Shown: piece after piece, positions 9,600-19,777 of the stretch | Numbering within the stretch: the stretch's first letter is position 1 | Layout of the letters: every line of letters begins with the position of its first letter | Virus record (IMG/VR): IMGVR_UViG_3300032053_000290 | Span: 1-33,359 of that record | DNA length: 33,359 nucleotides | Source: a virus | Lineage: Duplodnaviria > Caudoviricetes | Direction: 5' to 3' (one strand) | Translations under genes and position numbers: made by a program | The notes under the pieces: generated by a model | Databases searched by the model: none | Told to the model about the DNA's origin: nothing | Seen by the model: only the letters and a program-made list of their open reading frames with translations

Positions 9600-10969
9600 G
9601 GAGCATTAGAATAGTTACGTTCAAGAGCAGACACTAATGAGAATGCATTTGCACTAGAACGGGCAATTGTTCCAACTGTAGATACATATTGACCTGTACT
9701 TAATCCAATAGCAACGAGTGTTATTGGAGCATCAGTAGCGATTGTTCGTCCTCCTTGAGCATTAAAATCATAATCAAAACTAAATGCTACAGATGCAGAT
9801 GTTCTAACAGATCCAGTAATCGGGAATCCATTATTGTCATTTACAATTACTGCACTGGCAGAACCAAAGCTTCCAGATGGAACGCTTGTAAAAAACATTT
9901 TATAAGATGCCGAAGCATCATTTTGTAAGTTTGTATTAAATGTAATTGTACCTGCTGCAACGAATGGAAACGTTCTTAAATTTGATCCAGTATCGTAGAA
10001 TTGTAAGTTGTTTGTATCCGCTACTTGGAAATCATCAACATAAACACCTGGCGAAGTCTTGAGTGTACTTCCGACGAATGTTAACAAACTATCTGCGGTT
10101 TTTCCTATAACACTGCCAGAGAATGTATTAACTCCTGAACCAGAGTTAATATTAGAATTTTGTCTTAACTTATATTGTACAAATTCATAAATCTGCTGAA
10201 CCGTTCCTTGATTTCCATCAATAATAGTAAAAAATGGATAATTTGTTCCTCCAATACTTCTCCATACTGATCCAGTATAGTAGAAAATTGACATACTTGC
10301 ATATGGAAGAGAACCAGTGATTGTATCATCCGCAGCTGAAATATTTGTATCAGATCCATCTCCAAGCGGGAATGAATAAACTTGGTACGTTACAGAAGTT
10401 TCACCGATGTTTGACAATTTTGATTGGTCATATGTCAGTCCACGGGTACGAACAAAGGTTTTAAAATAATTACGAAAATCAAATGATGCGGATTGATAAA
10501 TCTTAACTCCTTCATTCACTGAACCAGTAAATGTTACATTTCTAGGAACTTGACCAAAGGAACCACTTCCTGCTTGTTGAATATACACTTGATCGGTTGC
10601 AGCTAAAGTTCCCAAACTTACAAATCCCATCCATTCTTCAGATGATACGTTACTTGTATTTTGAACAGACCATCCAGCATCACGTATTAATTGATGACTT
10701 GAACTTATACCAGATGCGGCTGAACCAGTAAGATCCCATCCGTTAATAAAGTCGAATTTTTTTTCCGTAATAGATATAAGAGGAAATGGGTATGGTACCA
10801 GTGTACTGTCAGAAATCCATAATTCCTTACATTTTGAATATACTGTTTGAAGAGTAACGCCGGTGTAATCTAAGTTACCAACTCGGTTTAGTCGAATTCT
10901 ACGACTTCCACTGAGAAATGAAATTTCTGTATCTTTAATAAGTAAATCTGGATCTGTAATTTTAGGCAT
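9596..10969 (-). CDS. Putative virion structural protein
   Basis: 457 aa; MPKITDPDLL start, GVTLQTVYSKCKELW, C-terminal LERNYSN resembling the DRNYLNP end of the adjacent gene; TATTTATA motif 20 nt upstream. Confidence 0.65.
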   Translation of the reverse strand: MPKITDPDLLIKDTEISFLSGSRRIRLNRVGNLDYTGVTLQTVYSKCKELWISDSTLVPYPFPLISITEKKFDFINGWDLTGSAASGISSSHQLIRDAGWSVQNTSNVSSEEWMGFVSLGTLAATDQVYIQQAGSGSFGQVPRNVTFTGSVNEGVKIYQSASFDFRNYFKTFVRTRGLTYDQSKLSNIGETSVTYQVYSFPLGDGSDTNISAADDTITGSLPYASMSIFYYTGSVWRSIGGTNYPFFTIIDGNQGTVQQIYEFVQYKLRQNSNINSGSGVNTFSGSVIGKTADSLLTFVGSTLKTSPGVYVDDFQVADTNNLQFYDTGSNLRTFPFVAAGTITFNTNLQNDASASYKMFFTSVPSGSFGSASAVIVNDNNGFPITGSVRTSASVAFSFDYDFNAQGGRTIATDAPITLVAIGLSTGQYVSTVGTIARSSANAFSLVSALERNYSNAP

Positions 10970-11040
10970 AATATTTTATTTGTTCTATTATAAATATATT
11001 ACATGGACGAATAAAGTCATATTTTAATACATTATTATCA

Positions 11041-13632
11041 TTATACTGGATTTAAGTAATTTCGGTCAATGCGTTGCTGTACTGGTATTGAAAGATTTGA
11101 ATTTGTTAATGTTAAATTTTCCAGTCTAATATTTTCATATGCCAGACTTAAAATTTGTATATAAATATTGATATCAGCACTATAAACATATGAGTAACTA
11201 AATGACACACCACTCGATTCAACTCCTGCGACTTCTGCTTGTGAACCAGATGTATATATTCGAACTTCAGTTCCAGCTATTAATCCAGTTAAAGTGATGG
11301 AATATTGCACCGGAGGTACATATTGATTCCCTTCATCAGATGTAAGATATTCCACGGTTCCAGTTCCAATTTTAGATATCCAAACTCCTCTCTGAGTTGT
11401 TGTATTTCGCTTTGTATTATATCCAGATGCTCCACGATATATGAGTTGTGATTGTTCGCCTCTTCCCCACACAAGAACATTATTATATGATGATGAAATT
11501 GGCCAGTTTGCCATTTCTGCAGCCAAATATTCATATGTAGTATCCAACGTATTTGAATTGGCATCTATCATCCAAGTATAACTGCCAGAAAATCCACCTT
11601 GGGAAACTAATACACTTGAAGTGGAATATGAAATACTTGCAGTTTGGAGACGTTCGTTTTCTACAAACTTAGTAGAATTTCCCCCTGTTAAAACGAGAGT
11701 TCCGTCAGAGGCAACTCCAATATATTCAAATACTTTTCCATTGGCACCAGAAGAAGACCCAGTTACTTGTGATCCGGATGGAAATAAAGTTGAACCGGAT
11801 TTATAATTGATTACTTTTACTGGATTGACAGTTGAACTTGTATATTCTGTAGATGAAATCCCAATACCGTTTGACAATGCCGTCTGTTGATTTGCGGTTG
11901 TAATATTAGAGTCTGTACCAAGTGAAATATTTTGAGTAATACCAGCGGCTACTGTTAAATTTGATATATATGGAACATATCCATATTTGTAAATCTTATT
12001 GGCAAAGTTTCCGTATGATTGACTTATAATTGTCTTCGGCGATAATGTTGATGAAGATGCATAATATATAACCTTTGTTATATCAAATGTAGAATTTCCA
12101 TTAACATCTGTTTGAAAACTATAGGGAATAGTATTAGTAAGTGTCCCTTCATAAATATGAATTTTACTTGCTGATAGTGAAAGTAATGCTGAATCATTTA
12201 CAGTTGTATTATAACGATATTGCTCATTTATTTTATTACTGGCACTACCAAAAAATACTAAGCTGTTAGTAGTTGGCGCACTCCATATTGGATTAACAAC
12301 GTTCCATGTCTTATTTATATAACTTGTAATATAACGTGTGTTACTAGAAAAATCATGATTAGAAAGTGTAAATGATTGTGTAATATCGCTTGATACTGAT
12401 GTAAACCCATAACTATTAAGTATTTTAATTCCCGATGAATCAATCGACCCTGTATCTAATAATAATAGTGCATGAGATGCCGAAATTGGATTGTACGACC
12501 CGGTTGTGGAAACTAATTGATTTCCGTATATCAAAGATGCAGTTCCGTTAAAATTTTTTGTAATTGGAAATGTATTTGTAAAATTGTTTCCAACCAGTTT
12601 TAATTTGGAAGCATTCATTGCCGATGCGGAAGTTCCAAAATTTAATTCTTTAAAATCAGAAAATGTAGAACCATAAAGTTGAACTTCTATTACTTCCGGA
12701 GATATTATAAATGGATGTCTTAATGACTGTGTTATTACTCCTGGACCGGTTGTTAGTGTTCTGGTAAAATCTTGCGACCCACGAATAATAATTGGATTAA
12801 CGGCAATTGATGATGTGGACGTTCCAATTACGCTTCCAAAACTACAAGTCGTTAAACTGCCGGTTAATGTAATTTTGTAATGACTTCCCGAAACATATTT
12901 AGGTTCGAATTGAACAATTTGGCTTGAGTCTTGAAAATTTGTTGGATTGCTCCCTGTTCCAATTTGTATTGGACCTTGTAAGAAATATACACCTGATCGT
13001 TTATCAATAATGCCATATTTATTACTTGCTGTGAAATCTGATGTATATAATGCTTCCCAATTGGCTGGAGTTGTAGCAGAACCACTAAATATTGTGAGTC
13101 CCGTCCCATATCGCATAACATCGATATATGTATTTGTAACTGATTTACCAGATGCCGTTGAACATGAAATTGTCATTCCAACTTTTCCAACATTTTGGAT
13201 TGCAGTTGATGTCCATCCCGACCCAGACCAATCTGGCTGCCGATTCGTGTCTAGGACATAACATTTCCATCCGCCGGGATATGTATCACTTCCGTCAACT
13301 ACCCATCCAGCAATGTTATTTACACTATATGCACCTCCAAGGCCGCATAAAATATTTACTCCTTTATTAGCATAAGTTGCAAGTTGTTTAATATTCGCAC
13401 CCTGATACCATACATAAAGATGCTGATTTTGTAAATTTATAATTGATGACGAATAATAAAAATGATATACTCCAAGGCTTTTTAATCCCCATGATACACA
13501 TGCCGCACCTTGAATGTTCAAATCGACTTCAGCAGCAAGAGCTACGGAAACAGCTACACCTTGATTTGCCCATCCAGTTATAGCGTCGGCATCATTAATT
13601 GTAATTAAATTAGGAGTTACTATCCATGACAT
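11041..13632 (-). CDS. Large putative tail/baseplate-associated protein
   Basis: 863 aa, S/T/G/N-rich beta-type sequence, C-terminal LTGLIAGTEVRIY...QQRIDRNYLNP module. Confidence 0.65.
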   Translation of the reverse strand: MSWIVTPNLITINDADAITGWANQGVAVSVALAAEVDLNIQGAACVSWGLKSLGVYHFYYSSSIINLQNQHLYVWYQGANIKQLATYANKGVNILCGLGGAYSVNNIAGWVVDGSDTYPGGWKCYVLDTNRQPDWSGSGWTSTAIQNVGKVGMTISCSTASGKSVTNTYIDVMRYGTGLTIFSGSATTPANWEALYTSDFTASNKYGIIDKRSGVYFLQGPIQIGTGSNPTNFQDSSQIVQFEPKYVSGSHYKITLTGSLTTCSFGSVIGTSTSSIAVNPIIIRGSQDFTRTLTTGPGVITQSLRHPFIISPEVIEVQLYGSTFSDFKELNFGTSASAMNASKLKLVGNNFTNTFPITKNFNGTASLIYGNQLVSTTGSYNPISASHALLLLDTGSIDSSGIKILNSYGFTSVSSDITQSFTLSNHDFSSNTRYITSYINKTWNVVNPIWSAPTTNSLVFFGSASNKINEQYRYNTTVNDSALLSLSASKIHIYEGTLTNTIPYSFQTDVNGNSTFDITKVIYYASSSTLSPKTIISQSYGNFANKIYKYGYVPYISNLTVAAGITQNISLGTDSNITTANQQTALSNGIGISSTEYTSSTVNPVKVINYKSGSTLFPSGSQVTGSSSGANGKVFEYIGVASDGTLVLTGGNSTKFVENERLQTASISYSTSSVLVSQGGFSGSYTWMIDANSNTLDTTYEYLAAEMANWPISSSYNNVLVWGRGEQSQLIYRGASGYNTKRNTTTQRGVWISKIGTGTVEYLTSDEGNQYVPPVQYSITLTGLIAGTEVRIYTSGSQAEVAGVESSGVSFSYSYVYSADINIYIQILSLAYENIRLENLTLTNSNLSIPVQQRIDRNYLNPV

Positions 13633-13721
13633 ATGTTATAACTATCACATTACGAAGGTATTTTACGAATATTATAAGAGTATCTTCAATATAATAGATA
13701 TTATTTATATTTACAAAAACA

Positions 13722-13750
13722 TTGACTTTCTTTTGGAAATAGAATATACT
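13722..13750 (+). promoter_or_regulatory. Sigma70-type promoter TTGACT-N17-TATACT
   Basis: -35 at 13722-13727, -10 at 13745-13750, exactly 17 nt spacer, AT-rich upstream tract, 12 nt before ATG 13763. Confidence 0.75.
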
Positions 13751-13762
13751 TATGGTTATATT

Positions 13763-14044
13763 ATGATTGAAGAACCATGTAAATCTTGTAAAGGTCACTG
13801 TTGTAAAGTTGGGTTTATTGTGGAAATATCCCCATATGATGAGATTTATAATGATGGGAATTTAGTTTGGCAAAATGAAAACATGCCAAAAAATATGAAA
13901 TCTAATGGAGATGGATATACCTGTATTGCATTAGGTAAAGAAGGAGAATGCACTATTTGGTCTAAAAGACCATCAATGTGTCGGGAATTTGAAGTAAATG
14001 GAGATCGTTGTAAAGCAATCCGCTTTTTATATGGAAGACCCTAA
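13763..14044 (+). CDS. YkgJ/FliB-family cysteine-cluster (CxxCxxCC-type) protein
   Basis: CKSCKGHCC...CIAL...CTIWSKRPSMCREF. Start moved from 13733 to ATG 13763, downstream of the promoter. Confidence 0.85.
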   Translation: MIEEPCKSCKGHCCKVGFIVEISPYDEIYNDGNLVWQNENMPKNMKSNGDGYTCIALGKEGECTIWSKRPSMCREFEVNGDRCKAIRFLYGRP

Positions 14045-14288
14045 ATTAAAAGTATTATCATTAGATGAACTGCCAGAACATTCGTTCATTGTTCTTACCG
14101 TTGATGTCCCAGGTCCTATGGAAAAATATCAAGCTTCCGATTCAATTGTCGGTAAATTAAATGAACATAAAAATATATTTAAAGACAGAAAGTTAACATT
14201 AATTGTAATGACTACAAAGGAAACAATTGATATTTTAACAGAAGAAGAAATGAACCAAATAGGATGGTTCAGAAAAAAATTATCCTAA
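14031..14288 (+). CDS. Hypothetical protein
   Basis: MEDPKLKVLSLDELP...MNQIGWFRK; ATG 14031 overlaps the end of the upstream gene. Confidence 0.6.
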   Translation: MEDPKLKVLSLDELPEHSFIVLTVDVPGPMEKYQASDSIVGKLNEHKNIFKDRKLTLIVMTTKETIDILTEEEMNQIGWFRKKLS

Positions 14289-15491
14289 ACTTTTACTTAT
14301 TCCTAAGAATACGGCTCCACTATAAATAGCGGTAATAATACAAACAATTGACCCGCCGCTTCCACCTACTCTATAAGTGCAATCCGATACTTGACCCAAT
14401 GGTCCATTATAAGTTAATGTGGAATAATCATAACTAGGTATATTTATACCCTGATTTAATGAATATGACGCAGTTACAGCATATGATGCTGATATACTAG
14501 GACTTCCTGGAGCATATGATGCTGATATTGCCCAACTTGATGTAACAGGATATGTTTCTCCAGGAATAATACTATTCTTATTAATTACAAATACAGCACA
14601 AACTGCATTATTATTTGGTAATGCTCCATCTCCCGACGACCTATGAGAAACAGGAATAGTGAGCCATCCGGCATTATTAATTACAGCACTTCTAACATCA
14701 AACAGAGATACCTTTGTTGCGTCAGTTTTTTGTTGAATATACAACTGATAACTGCCACTTTTTAATGATTCCACTATATTAGTAATATCCAATCCACCGG
14801 CAGTAAGATTATCAAAATAAATTTCCGTAATTGAACTTGTAACTGTATTGTTATATCTAAAGTTTCCCTTTCCTGGATCGGAATTGGTAGTTATGTTTTT
14901 ATAAGAAAATTCAAATGGTAATACTAAATTATCAAAATTCGCCACATCAACATAAGATGCGGTTAATGCATACGAGGACGAAATGGAATTTGCTGATAAA
15001 GAAGAAGTTCCTGCAAAGTCCGAATAAATAGATAAAGATGCGGTATCCGAAAATAATGAGTCAAATGATAATTGAGCATAACTTGCTGTTAAAGCATATG
15101 ATGCACTTATTGATGCAGATGCAAATGAAGCACTAACATCATACGAACCTCCTGGAGTAACTCCCGATCCTCCTCCACTTCCACCATTTAAAGCATAACT
15201 TGCTGTTAATGAATATGAACTACTTATTGATGCAGATGCGAATGAAGAAGAAACTATTGTAATATTGGAATAAGAATAACTAACTGCATACGATGCCGAC
15301 GCAACTGACATCGAAGAAGTCATATTACTGGTAATGATTAAATCACCAATAGAAGAAGAATTCAAAACCGCAACTACATTCCCAAGTCCATCCAGAACAT
15401 AAAATAAACTACCAGTAGAATATTGTTGTAATGCATCCTGATAGGATGAACTAATATATTTATTTGTGAAATCTCTTGAAGGGAAATTCAT
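14280..15491 (-). CDS. Ser/Ala-rich fibre-type virion protein
   Basis: 403 aa with SASYA/TASYA repeats and a GVTPGGSY.(V/I)SAS module shared with the genes at 30553 and 32360. Confidence 0.65.
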   Translation of the reverse strand: MNFPSRDFTNKYISSSYQDALQQYSTGSLFYVLDGLGNVVAVLNSSSIGDLIITSNMTSSMSVASASYAVSYSYSNITIVSSSFASASISSSYSLTASYALNGGSGGGSGVTPGGSYDVSASFASASISASYALTASYAQLSFDSLFSDTASLSIYSDFAGTSSLSANSISSSYALTASYVDVANFDNLVLPFEFSYKNITTNSDPGKGNFRYNNTVTSSITEIYFDNLTAGGLDITNIVESLKSGSYQLYIQQKTDATKVSLFDVRSAVINNAGWLTIPVSHRSSGDGALPNNNAVCAVFVINKNSIIPGETYPVTSSWAISASYAPGSPSISASYAVTASYSLNQGINIPSYDYSTLTYNGPLGQVSDCTYRVGGSGGSIVCIITAIYSGAVFLGISKSLG

Positions 15492-15505
15492 ATAAAGTCA
15501 TAACG

Positions 15506-16051
15506 TTATTTCAATGCAATTGTTACTTCCTTTATATAGAGTTTACTACCAGCCAAAAACTCAGGATTCTCTTTAAAATACTCTTTTAATAATAATTTAA
15601 AGTCATTCTTTTTTATAATAAGATTTTTCTTATTAATTCCAACCCGTTCACATATAAATATAATATCTTTCGACGGGTCTGATAATGTATTTTGAAAATT
15701 ATTAATGGCCTTAACTTCTATAACTGGTTTTGATGATTTCTTTTGTTCTTGAACCTTAACCTTAACACCCGTATGTTGTTCTATAATAAATGTATCTTTC
15801 CATGGAGAAAAGTAGGTATCCTCAACAATAATCTCAAGAAACATATTTCCGGTAGAGTTTTCATCTAAAAGTCCTTTTAATTTCTTAATTGGTACCGTAC
15901 ATTTTCCATCTTTAAGTTGTCCCTCAAACATGAATGACATCCCATCGGATTCTATTATCATACGAGAAAAGGCATCTTTTAACGACGCATTCTTAACTGC
16001 AACTTCACAGATAAACTCTTCCGACTTGTCTAAATATAATTTATATGCCAT
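15506..16051 (-). CDS. Hypothetical phage protein
   Basis: 181 aa ORF closely packed with neighbours; beta-rich N-terminal half. Confidence 0.65.
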   Translation of the reverse strand: MAYKLYLDKSEEFICEVAVKNASLKDAFSRMIIESDGMSFMFEGQLKDGKCTVPIKKLKGLLDENSTGNMFLEIIVEDTYFSPWKDTFIIEQHTGVKVKVQEQKKSSKPVIEVKAINNFQNTLSDPSKDIIFICERVGINKKNLIIKKNDFKLLLKEYFKENPEFLAGSKLYIKEVTIALK

Positions 16052-16053
16052 AA

Positions 16054-16392
16054 TTATTCGTCCAGTATCTGGATATCAATTCCTTTTACTGCTTTCACTA
16101 CTACTTTAATATCTTCAATTGTTATCTTAATATCATCTCGGATATCTTGTTTTTCATCATATGTAGGGTATCCTTTAACCTTACATATTAAATTTATGAA
16201 CCGCTTCCTCTTATCCTTTTCATATGGATTATGAGGTTTATCATCTTGCAACCAATTAGGTTGTGCCAATTCTCCAGGAACGCCGGGTCTTAAATCACCC
16301 AATACCTCATCGATCAAAGAACATTCCGACCACAACCAATTGGCGTTTTTCCATAAAACGTCACAACCACTCCATGTATAACAAACTATCAC
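16054..16392 (-). CDS. Hypothetical phage protein (Trp-rich N-terminus); start uncertain
   Basis: 112 aa ORF with GTG start only a few nt below a TATTTATA motif. Confidence 0.55.
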   Translation of the reverse strand: MIVCYTWSGCDVLWKNANWLWSECSLIDEVLGDLRPGVPGELAQPNWLQDDKPHNPYEKDKRKRFINLICKVKGYPTYDEKQDIRDDIKITIEDIKVVVKAVKGIDIQILDE

Positions 16393-16417
16393 ATCTATAA
16401 ATACTATTCAGTATTGA

Positions 16418-17689
16418 TTACATTACATAAATATTACCTATACAATTAGTTAATACTGCGTTGGCATAATAATTATAATCATTTTTCAAATTATATAACT
16501 CTGCATTAGCAGATTCTACATCTTGTAATCTTTTATATTTTTTTCTTCCAAAAGCGGCATGTCCAGTCAATAGAACTTCGGGTAAAGGATTGAATGCCAC
16601 TTCTCCTCTTTTCAAATATTGAGCAAATAATTCATAATGAAATTCAAATTCGGATCTCAAATTTTTATCTCTGGCACTTTTAAATGTGCCAATAGTTTCA
16701 CATAAATGACGAATTGCGGTTTTATATTTTCTAACTTCATTTCCATTTCCAGATCCAATATTGCCATAACTATACGGAGTATAAGTTTTCTTAGAAATTC
16801 CATATGCACTTAATATTTCTTCTAATTTCTCATCTACCCATTGTGAAAGTTCCTTATCCCAAGCATAGTCTCTTCTAATTACATGCCCAAATCTATGAGC
16901 AATAACCCATGCTGTTAAGGGAACTCTTTCCGCTCCTGTATTATTCGTGAAAAATACAGTGATATTATTTTCGTTTATCTTACCATTTTTCAACTGTTCT
17001 GGGGAAATATTTAACTTATCATAAATAAAATCTTCTTTAACTTTTCCTATTTCGGTATATTTTCTAGCATCTTTTGTATTTACAAAATAAAAATCAAAAT
17101 TTGCAGATGTATTTTGAAAGAAATCCTTTACTTTTTTTATGGCAACTGGGTTTGTTACCAATGCTCGATCAGTTTTATTTGTAAAAGAAGACCCTTTGCT
17201 AAAATCCCCAATAGTTTGATGTGTATCTACAGGTGCTTCAGTTATCCTAGTTCCCAAATCTTTTATATCAACATAATCATAATCTCTATCCGAAAATGTT
17301 TTTAATTTATTCCATACTTGGTCTGCATCGGCAGTCCTATTATTTTTACTGGATACTAACCCTTTAAACCCCGATTTCTGAGCATATTTTAATGCTTCTT
17401 TATATAATAAAAATCCATATCCTTCTCGTTCTATTTCTACTCGTATATAATCAACAAATAGATATTTCGGCTTCGGTGGATTTCCGCCGAGTTCGTCATA
17501 TGGCGTATCAAATAATAAAGAAATGTGACCCATTTCAGATGGAGATATATCATTAAATATTTCAATTATAATTGATGAAGCATTATTACTACGTCTACTA
17601 GCATTGGATATTTCAAAGCGAATTTTACCTTCACGTTCTAATTTAAACGCTTCCTTCTCTTCTTTTAATAGTGAACGTAGTTTAATCAT
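16418..17689 (-). CDS. Leader + GNAT-like acetyltransferase + degenerate zincin-like domain
   Basis: True start MIKLRSLLKEE at 17689 (not 17743). GNAT motif EREGYGFLLYKEAL...ADQVWNKL; second domain WVIAHRFGH...YELFAQY. Confidence 0.7.
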   Translation of the reverse strand: MIKLRSLLKEEKEAFKLEREGKIRFEISNASRRSNNASSIIIEIFNDISPSEMGHISLLFDTPYDELGGNPPKPKYLFVDYIRVEIEREGYGFLLYKEALKYAQKSGFKGLVSSKNNRTADADQVWNKLKTFSDRDYDYVDIKDLGTRITEAPVDTHQTIGDFSKGSSFTNKTDRALVTNPVAIKKVKDFFQNTSANFDFYFVNTKDARKYTEIGKVKEDFIYDKLNISPEQLKNGKINENNITVFFTNNTGAERVPLTAWVIAHRFGHVIRRDYAWDKELSQWVDEKLEEILSAYGISKKTYTPYSYGNIGSGNGNEVRKYKTAIRHLCETIGTFKSARDKNLRSEFEFHYELFAQYLKRGEVAFNPLPEVLLTGHAAFGRKKYKRLQDVESANAELYNLKNDYNYYANAVLTNCIGNIYVM

Positions 17690-18227
17690 ACAATGATAAA
17701 TATTTGATAGGAATGCTATTATATATAATAATTGTATATTCACTTATGCCGCCACTACTATCTATCAATTGATATATTTCAGTATCTTTACCTAATTTAT
17801 TTAATACAAATACTAATTGTTCAGCACGTTCCACTTCTGGCTCTTTACTAACAGTTGGCATAAATCCGTCTTTTTTCATCTGAATAGTATTTATTTCTAT
17901 AACAATATTACCATAAGATTGACGAAGTGATTCTACTTCAGTATCTTCCATAGTAGTAAAAATTGCACTTCCAACACTTCTATTATTTATACCACGAGTG
18001 TCACTTCTTGTCTTAAGAATTCCCTCAGATTTTATTAATTCATATTTTTCGGGTACTGTACAATGAAATAATGTAGATGGATGTAACCAGAATGATTTAT
18101 TGAAATCATAGTTGTATCCAAATTTCTCAGCTATAGAATTAGAATATGAATCATTCCAGTACAGACGATCAATATTAACTTCGGATTCTTCTTCATTTTC
18201 TTTAATTAAATCTATTAATTTAATCAT
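17682..18227 (-). CDS. Leader + ADP-ribosyltransferase-fold protein, KptA/Tpt1-like NAD-binding domain
   Basis: LFHCT...IKSEGIL...IFTT...YGNIVIEINTIQMKKDG...IPIKYL parallels the LYHGT..I..EGL / VILEID..M..DG / VPP.YI pattern. Confidence 0.55.
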   Translation of the reverse strand: MIKLIDLIKENEEESEVNIDRLYWNDSYSNSIAEKFGYNYDFNKSFWLHPSTLFHCTVPEKYELIKSEGILKTRSDTRGINNRSVGSAIFTTMEDTEVESLRQSYGNIVIEINTIQMKKDGFMPTVSKEPEVERAEQLVFVLNKLGKDTEIYQLIDSSGGISEYTIIIYNSIPIKYLSLYD

Positions 18228-18682
18228 GATGCTTCTGGTTTAAACTCCATTTTTTCTATATCCGCATGATCTTCTGCATCCCACTGCGGGACTCGCTTGA
18301 AGTTACTTCCTGTGAAAATCAATACTGGAATGCTCTCAATTCCCAATTTCCTAGAAACCATTGCCCGATGTCTTCCTTCATGACTAGTAACTCTGCGACG
18401 TTTCATGTCGATTTCCAACACACAATAATCCAACGGAAGACCATTCTTAATTCTATGTTCTATATTTGCCATTGATTCTGGTCTTGCATCATAACTTGGT
18501 AATGGAGAAGCTAATCGCAAAAACTTATCCGGTGACATATAAACAATCTTGCCTTTCCATCCTTCATTCCCTTCATATGACTGCCTATCCTTTCCCATTG
18601 CAAGTGGATAAACATATTTTGGAACGACTTCCTTGAATGGTCGTGTCTCATTTTCATTAATTAAGTCTATTAGTTTAATCAT
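18224..18682 (-). CDS. Leader + ParB/Sulfiredoxin-like domain protein
   Basis: HEGRHRAMVSRKLGIESIPV matches the (D/E)GxHR...LG...IPV signature. Confidence 0.75.
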   Translation of the reverse strand: MIKLIDLINENETRPFKEVVPKYVYPLAMGKDRQSYEGNEGWKGKIVYMSPDKFLRLASPLPSYDARPESMANIEHRIKNGLPLDYCVLEIDMKRRRVTSHEGRHRAMVSRKLGIESIPVLIFTGSNFKRVPQWDAEDHADIEKMEFKPEAS

Positions 18683-19190
18683 ATCGTTGCATAATTATCT
18701 CGGTATCTTCCCCAGACTTACTCACAGATTCAACCCTGAACTTTTGAATTTTTGGAAGAAGTTTGGTAATATATACCTTGGTTCTTTTATCCCCCTTTGA
18801 ATTAATTATTAATCGTCGTATTTCATAATTTTCATCATATTCTATAAAACTGTTAGTAATATCGATAATTGTAGAAAATATCCTCATTACATTTTGACTT
18901 GCACCAGTAAGGTCAATATTTAATTTATGTGAACCCTTAGTATCTTGTCCTTGATCAATTCCAAATGCAATCTCCCACATTGTATCATCATATCTATTTT
19001 GCCTAGCATACCATATATATGGTGTTCCATCATCTGTCTTAAAAGAAATAATTTGTACCGGTTGAAGAATATCTTTTTTATATGTTTCTCCGTTCTCTTC
19101 ATCCTCATAATCAATTAATTCTGTTTTAAATTTGTGTGAGTATTTATATGGATAATCTAAACTCTCAAGTAATGTTTTTAATTTAATCAT
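18675..19190 (-). CDS. Leader + unknown domain; distant paralogue of 20651..21190
   Basis: LTGASQNVMRIFSTII...KRTKVY versus ITDTGNPFKVLSKVL...NRQRLY. Confidence 0.65.
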   Translation of the reverse strand: MIKLKTLLESLDYPYKYSHKFKTELIDYEDEENGETYKKDILQPVQIISFKTDDGTPYIWYARQNRYDDTMWEIAFGIDQGQDTKGSHKLNIDLTGASQNVMRIFSTIIDITNSFIEYDENYEIRRLIINSKGDKRTKVYITKLLPKIQKFRVESVSKSGEDTEIIMQRYD

Positions 19191-19777
19191 AAATATGGGT
19201 TTGGAAGAGTAAATTCAAAATCACTCGTAACCTTGGATGCATCAATCACAGATACACCTTTTATTATATTTGGATTAAATATTACTAACCAAAATTCATC
19301 ACCAGATTGTAATTCAAATTTTGCATCTACACCTTTACTTACTAAGTAATTGGCAATTTTAATACCGACATTACCTGCACCTGCTTCATAGTTAACCACT
19401 AAATTATTTAATACATCTGCCGTAATATAATCCGTTTTCATTCGTTCGGCATTTTTAATTATACTATTTATAATATCTTCTCTATGTTTTAATCCACCCA
19501 AACCTTTTAGAAACCCGATGATATCTGACAATGGAAGTTTAACATCTCCAATTTCCGTAAAATTCTTATCAATATCTACTGCATGAACTACTCGTGATCC
19601 TTTGGCATATCTTCTAGCAGTGTTATAATCATTAGTAAAATATATTCCAACTCCTGCTTCATATCTACCCTGCTTGCTTCCTAATATTTCAGATGGAATT
19701 CTTGACCACCTCTTTCCTCCATGATACATTTTGAATGTATTAGAAGATTCGGATAATAATTCTTTAAGATTAATCAT
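19187..19777 (-). CDS. Leader + ADP-ribosyltransferase-like domain (polyvalent-protein type)
   Basis: MYHGG...GVGIYFTNDYNTARRYA...GVDA...VIFNPNIIK. Confidence 0.7.
   Translation of the reverse strand: MINLKELLSESSNTFKMYHGGKRWSRIPSEILGSKQGRYEAGVGIYFTNDYNTARRYAKGSRVVHAVDIDKNFTEIGDVKLPLSDIIGFLKGLGGLKHREDIINSIIKNAERMKTDYITADVLNNLVVNYEAGAGNVGIKIANYLVSKGVDAKFELQSGDEFWLVIFNPNIIKGVSVIDASKVTSDFEFTLPNPYL

Noticed and set aside
4479-13370. Nested short ORFs inside the long structural genes, e.g. the Pro-rich 4479..4841
   Set aside because: Antisense or off-frame by-products; the Pro-rich one mirrors Gly codons on the coding strand.
17690-17743. Track start at 17743 for the 441-aa ORF
   Set aside because: ATG 17689 gives the MIKL tag and the 8-bp overlap typical of the array. 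Starts at 13733, 13998, 28327 and 30532 were shortened for similar reasons.
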